From: Ostreococcus lucimarinus
Taxonomy: Eukaryota
Direction: 5' to 3' (one strand)
Assembly (NCBI GenBank): GCA_000092065.1
Contig: CP000582.1
DNA length: 64,000 nucleotides
Shown here: in pieces, positions 56,601 to 62,600 of the stretch
Numbering within the stretch: the first letter of the stretch is position 1
Layout of the letters: each line of letters starts with the position of its first letter
Translations under genes and position numbers: made by a program
The notes under the pieces: model-generated
What the model saw: only the letters and a program-made list of their open reading frames with translations
Told to the model about the DNA's origin: nothing
Database searches by the model: none

Positions 56601-59600
56601 GAGTGTTAGCCTTCGGAAATCCAAGCAGGCATATTTGTTATATAGTTCGCTCGTTATAGATATTTTGGGAGCCAAGACTTTTGAGCACGTGAAAAAATTT
56701 TGAAATTGTATTAATGCGTCGTGTAATACGCCTGCGCAGTGATACATGTGCAGATCGACGCAAGAGTTTGGCTCAATACCGTGTCGTGATACACGGATGA
56801 ATGCACTGTCCAAACTCCGATTTGTGTGGAGGAATCTGCCTGAGCGCCCGTGTAAGATCGCCATCACTTGAAACTTTGAGCAATACCATTGGAGGATATT
56901 CGACGCAATGTGACCAGTTCCACCTGTCAAGTACAGTGAGATTTGCTTTAATGGGCTGTCGAAGTCTCTTCGGATGAGTGATCCTGATACATGGTTTCGT
57001 ACTCCTTGTACGTTTTGTCGTGAAACTTCCGTGATACTCTTCAAGTAAGCATGTTTATTTTGAATAACCACAACAGAATTATTTACATTTGGTGATTCCC
57101 ACGGAACAATAACGTGTCTCACAGACGCTGAAGATGGATGTGAGACTGAATCAACAATTGATATCATACCTTCAGATAAAGCCACACGCATCATAGAACT
57201 CGCATCCAGCTGTTCCATTTCTCGAGTGGTGTGGACACTCACTTTCGTCGCTCGACGCAGAGCATGAGCTAATTGTAGGAAATCTGAAACACCCCTTACG
57301 TTTGTAAACGTACTGTGCTTTCTCAACTCGGATGCGATAATATTCGATCTCAAGCCATGCCCCAAGAGAAGCGGTTGAAACGCGATTATTGAGTATTTGA
57401 ATGCAGATGGTTTGGTATGGGACATTCCCGTGGGGTTTGAAAATTGATCCGTCCTCATCCGTCGAGATACAATATGGAACAAAATCGTACTGTACGCTTT
57501 ATTGGACGCAAAATGGTCACTTAATATATCGCTTCGGTCATTTAAGTTCAGTGATGGAAGTGTTGACACGATGGCTCTCGTACGAATCTCGGATTTTCTG
57601 TGAGTGTACGAAGTCACTCCGGACGGTAGGAAGAGATGGAGAGGCGGATCCTGTGATCTGATGGAGCCCACAAAGCCCAGTTGCAGACTACAATCTTCGT
57701 GTTTAGCGCGATTGTGTCCACAAAATACATCGGAGGTCGTCCTTCCTACCGATCCTACGCCTCCAAACGACTGATACAAGCTTGGGGCACCGTAGTCACT
57801 CAATCTCAGCATGCCAGAGATTTGCGCATAACACACGTGCAACCCTTTTGAAACCGTGTTGGATGTGGTAAAACTTGTACTCGTACCTGAGGAGAGGGTG
57901 CAGTATCCGCTTTCATCGAGTTTCAATGATAGATCTACATTGGGTTTGTCCAAGTAGAGTGACGTCGAAATAATTACGCTTTGCACAGCGTGACGTATTG
58001 GATGGTACAGCATGGTGTGCTGCTCAGGATGTCCGACCAAGAACATGACGCGATACAGAACTGTCGCTGGGCATATCGTTCTATTACGAACTCGGTGATG
58101 CTTGTATAAGACGCTATCAATTTTTAGGATAAAGGACTGCGAGGTCTTTCCGGTGGACATTGAGCAGGCCCATCTCAACGACGACGATAATTGCGATAAT
58201 TGACCATGTCTACCAGCGATCTGTAGAGTGGACCAGCGAACCGAATAGTGATGCGAGGCCAAAAGCCGTGATATTGTATGCGCATTTGTTCCTTGAAAAG
58301 CAAATGCACTCGTACCGAAATAACGTAACGATGAGTTCTCCACCAAAGATACATTCTCCCTCGGTAACGAAACCAAAGATCCACTGCTGTCAATATCACA
58401 CACGATATGCGTGTTCAATCGTCTTAGATGTAAAATTTGAGAGAATAAATGATTCGTTGACTCTTGAATTGTAAAGACAAGGTTGATCATACCTGAAGCT
58501 GCTTCAGCATGCCCCGCGATTGACTTGCTAGCATTAATATTCACGAGTTTTGCTGATTGAATTGCCTCAAGAATGGCATTTATTTCGATTGGGTCGCCGA
58601 GGGCAGTGCCGGTTCCATGCATAGAAATATTAAATGAGTTTGAACACTTGTGACAGCTTCGTAGTGCTTGACGCAATAGGCTGACTTGACTTGTACCATT
58701 CGGCGTCGTAAGCGCGCTCGATCGACCGTCTTGATTAATTTGCGTTGCGCAGACTTGCACTACTCGGGCCGGCGAGAAATCGCTTTTTGATAAATCTACC
58801 ACAGCCAGCAGGCAAGTATACTCAGATCGTACGTAGCCATCAGCAGAAATATCCAAAGTTTTACATCGACCTTCGAGCGACAACATACCGAGTCTGTAAA
58901 GCGCATCAGTCACATTTTCACATATGATATGATTCACTGCCGCAGGCAGGCCGAATGTACACTTTGTGAGGGCGAAGAAGGTCGAAACCAAGTGCAATGC
59001 CACGAGTGAAGACGAACAGGCGGTATCCACGGATACACACGGACCATGAATGTCGAAGAAGAATGCAATTCTGCCACTTGCTACACTATGGGCCTGACCC
59101 ATGACGGATTGATCATTCACAGAGAGCGATACATCGCCAAACTGTGAAATACCCAACGCCAAGCTAGTGTTTTTCGTCTTTTGGTACGATGAGGTCGACG
59201 ATAGCAGTTTCTGCGCATAAAACAGAAGATTCTGCTGCTGTGAGTCCATCGAAATGATTTCTTGCAGTGTTAGGCGAAAACATGATGAGTCGAAGCCACG
59301 AAGATCGTGATGATTACCAAAATTGTATGATAATCCGTCGTCGTGAAGTGTAGTGTTCAAATCTTTTGCAACATCAAATTTTGAAACCTGATGACACGAT
59401 ATAGCATCCGACGTTTGCAATATGTTCCCGCTTGTGGCAACTATACCAATCTCAATTGGCGAAATACTATGCGAAATACTTCGAACATCTTGATTTGGCG
59501 AAAATTGTACTTTCTCAGACGATATATCATCCGCTGAGTTATGCAGTGCTGAATTACTCTTAAGACGAAACACATCTACTGGTTTTCGACTCGGAGTAAC

Positions 59601-62600
59601 AGACTTACTACCGTCGTGTGCAATTATAAGCAAATCCAATGTGCGAAACCAGTCGTCGTCGGTCCATTCCGTTCTCCTGAAACACTCGTGCTGGTTTAGT
59701 AGACATTGAATCTCGCCCACAAACCCAGAGCGCAGCAGTGCAAGTTCACCATTATTGGTCACCGCTCTCATCACACACAGTGGGTGTTGGGTTCTTGTCG
59801 TATGCCATCGTAACTCGTGCGCCATCGATGTCGTATTATAGAAAATCTCACTGCCGTAAATTGTTGGAGATCGTGCGTTGTATGAATCGTACGTAGGATT
59901 ATCATAGCTCATTATCTGACAGCCAAATTTTGAGAAAAGACTTTTCAGCAAATATTGATATCTTTGTTTGCTCAAGTTTTCCACGACGAGTAGGCGAAGA
60001 CTCGAAGCATCAAAGCTAGATGAGAACTCGCTGCGCACCATGGACGCACCGATAGATTCCGGCGCTATAAGAATAGTTACGCGCTCTCTAGCGATTGAAC
60101 GATGAATTGTCCCAGAATCGGATTCATTTATGACAATTGAGCCTTTTGCATTTAAGACCGCAGTCGCCGTTGTGATGTTCAACAATCCCGCTTTATTTGC
60201 AAAGTGTAACGAAATATCAGTACAGTTAATGCTCAAACTCAGCTGCAAGTTTCTGATAAATGAATAGTGCATGTGAGTGCTGAAAAGTGTCAGTTTTGTA
60301 TGACCTGTAGCGTGCATGTGCACTACAAAGGGTGAAGTATCGACAGGCATAATACATGGATAATCTAATCCTTTCCCGGGGACTTTTTGAGAATATTGTA
60401 GTCTAATATTCGAGATGTTCTTTCCTAGTGCAGTGGGAGGCCTTGTGAAAACATACTTTCTCAAGAGCGTAGTAGAACCAAATATTACATGCGGTGAAAA
60501 CGACAAAACTTCTGCATCAGGAATGCTATCTGAGTCTCTGTGAACCAGCAGTACACCATCCAGCGAAGCAACGACGTAGTGGAGAAGAAGTCGAAGGTAA
60601 AAGTTTGACGTCACTGCATACACGCGCAGGCGAGAGTGTCTGACTTCCGGAATTAGGTTGAATATGTATTCGCGGTACGTGGTCATATGTTGGTCAATAT
60701 CCAAGTATATGCATACATTGCTCGAAGTAACATATAAAGGTTGGGAAATATAGATCGTCTTCACATTTGTGTTCGTCTGTGCGCTTTCATTCCGTGATTT
60801 TTGGATTGATTGCGACAGTCTAGCTCGCATTAGCCGAGAAGTGTGGGAATGTTGGAGAGAAGTACCTCTTTCCATACGTATGCTGCTTTTTAGAATGAGG
60901 CTCTTCAACAGAGTTTTCCCACTATGTAACTGCTCTTCACACGAAGACCGGCAGGTATGTTCAAGACAGGCAATCAAATTGTCGACTGTGCCTCTGCAAA
61001 ATTTGCTTTCGTCATACATCAGGGTGCCGCTAATGTCGGCATGAGAATCTTGAAGTCCCAACCAGAGCGAAAAAACGGCTTGTTGAAAATGCTCTACTCT
61101 GGACTCCATACATTTTGATCGACGCAGATTGCTGACAAAGCTGAAGCATGTCTCAAACATAGGATTGTTAGCATGAAAGTCACATCCATGTCGAGTGCAA
61201 AGCAAATGGATGATATCGTTGATGGGGACTAGAGGGCATTCACGAGCAGCGTTTATCATGTGGTGCACATTCGCGACAATATGTGAGAAATTGATGTTCA
61301 TGTCGACCACACATCGGCCTGGTACAACGGCAGCGTAACACCCTATGGTTGATTGTTGTGAAAGTGAACTTGCGCATCGTAAATCGAATGAGTTTCCGAG
61401 AGTGATTCTTGCCAGACGTGATGCCTGAACCTGGCGTTCAGTTATGGTGGCGATCACAATTAGCCAGCAAGAAAGCAAAATGGTGCAAGTAGTAGTACCT
61501 AAGATTCTTGCGGTAGACTTCAATAAACGCGTTGCGCTTGCACTGAGTTTGAAAGGAACTCCAGCGCCTCGCAAGATGTCTGGTGAATTTAGGTCAGTCA
61601 TGAAATCATGTCGCAGCTTTGAGGCATTGAAACTACTTCGCTTATTTTCTGTGAGAACGTTCTCCCAGTGTATCAACGCTTTATTTCTCAGTTGTGCACG
61701 ACGATCTTTTTGGTCTATCAGGTGATGAAACCAGGAGGTGTACGAATCGAACGTCCCAGGTCGATCGCATGTAAGTGTGTTTGATCTACACGCATGGGCG
61801 ATGATAGCTAAAGAGAGCGCGTCACCAGCAATGTGGTGCAAAACTACCAGCAATTTTGACTCGCCCAGGCGATACAAACGAAGTGGTGCGTCGTTGAAAA
61901 TATCGAATGGATATGACTTCGCTTCAGCTATGACGATCTCTGAACGTCGGTGAACCGAACCACAATTCTTTCTATCACACCTTAAGATTGGTATGGAAGA
62001 AATTGTCTCTCCTGATTTTATGGATACACTATCATTGGGGGAAAAACGCATTCGTAGAATTGGATGGTTTAGTAACATACAGTTGAAGACCTCAATTATA
62101 TCCTTCTCCATAGAGATGTCCACGATCATTGACATATTGTAAGCACAACTTGACGGATAGAGCTTGAAGTGCAGTACAAATATTTTTTGTTCTTGGCTTG
62201 ATACCAGGACGCTGTCGTCTTTTACGTTTGCATGAGCTTCACTTTGGGAGACTGCAGTCGCGACCTGATTCATTTCGAGTCGTTTTATCAATTCCTCCAT
62301 TGATAAACTTTCAGTCAACAAGCTGGCTGGTATGCGACATCCGAGTTGCTGTTGAAGCCTAGCAAAAAATTCAGTTATCCCTAAGGAATCCATCCCACTC
62401 TCTATGAGAGTTTTGTCTTTCATAAATGAGTGGAAACTAACATCGCGGTAGCATGCGGAGACGATTTCGTACAACGATAGTTGGGCACCGTTGTGATTGA
62501 ACTCAGATGGCACATCCGGTTTCTTATGGTTTGTTTTTCTTTTGCGCAAGTGTGACCTTGATACTGACTGGTGCTCTAAATAGTGGAACTTGGAACTAGA

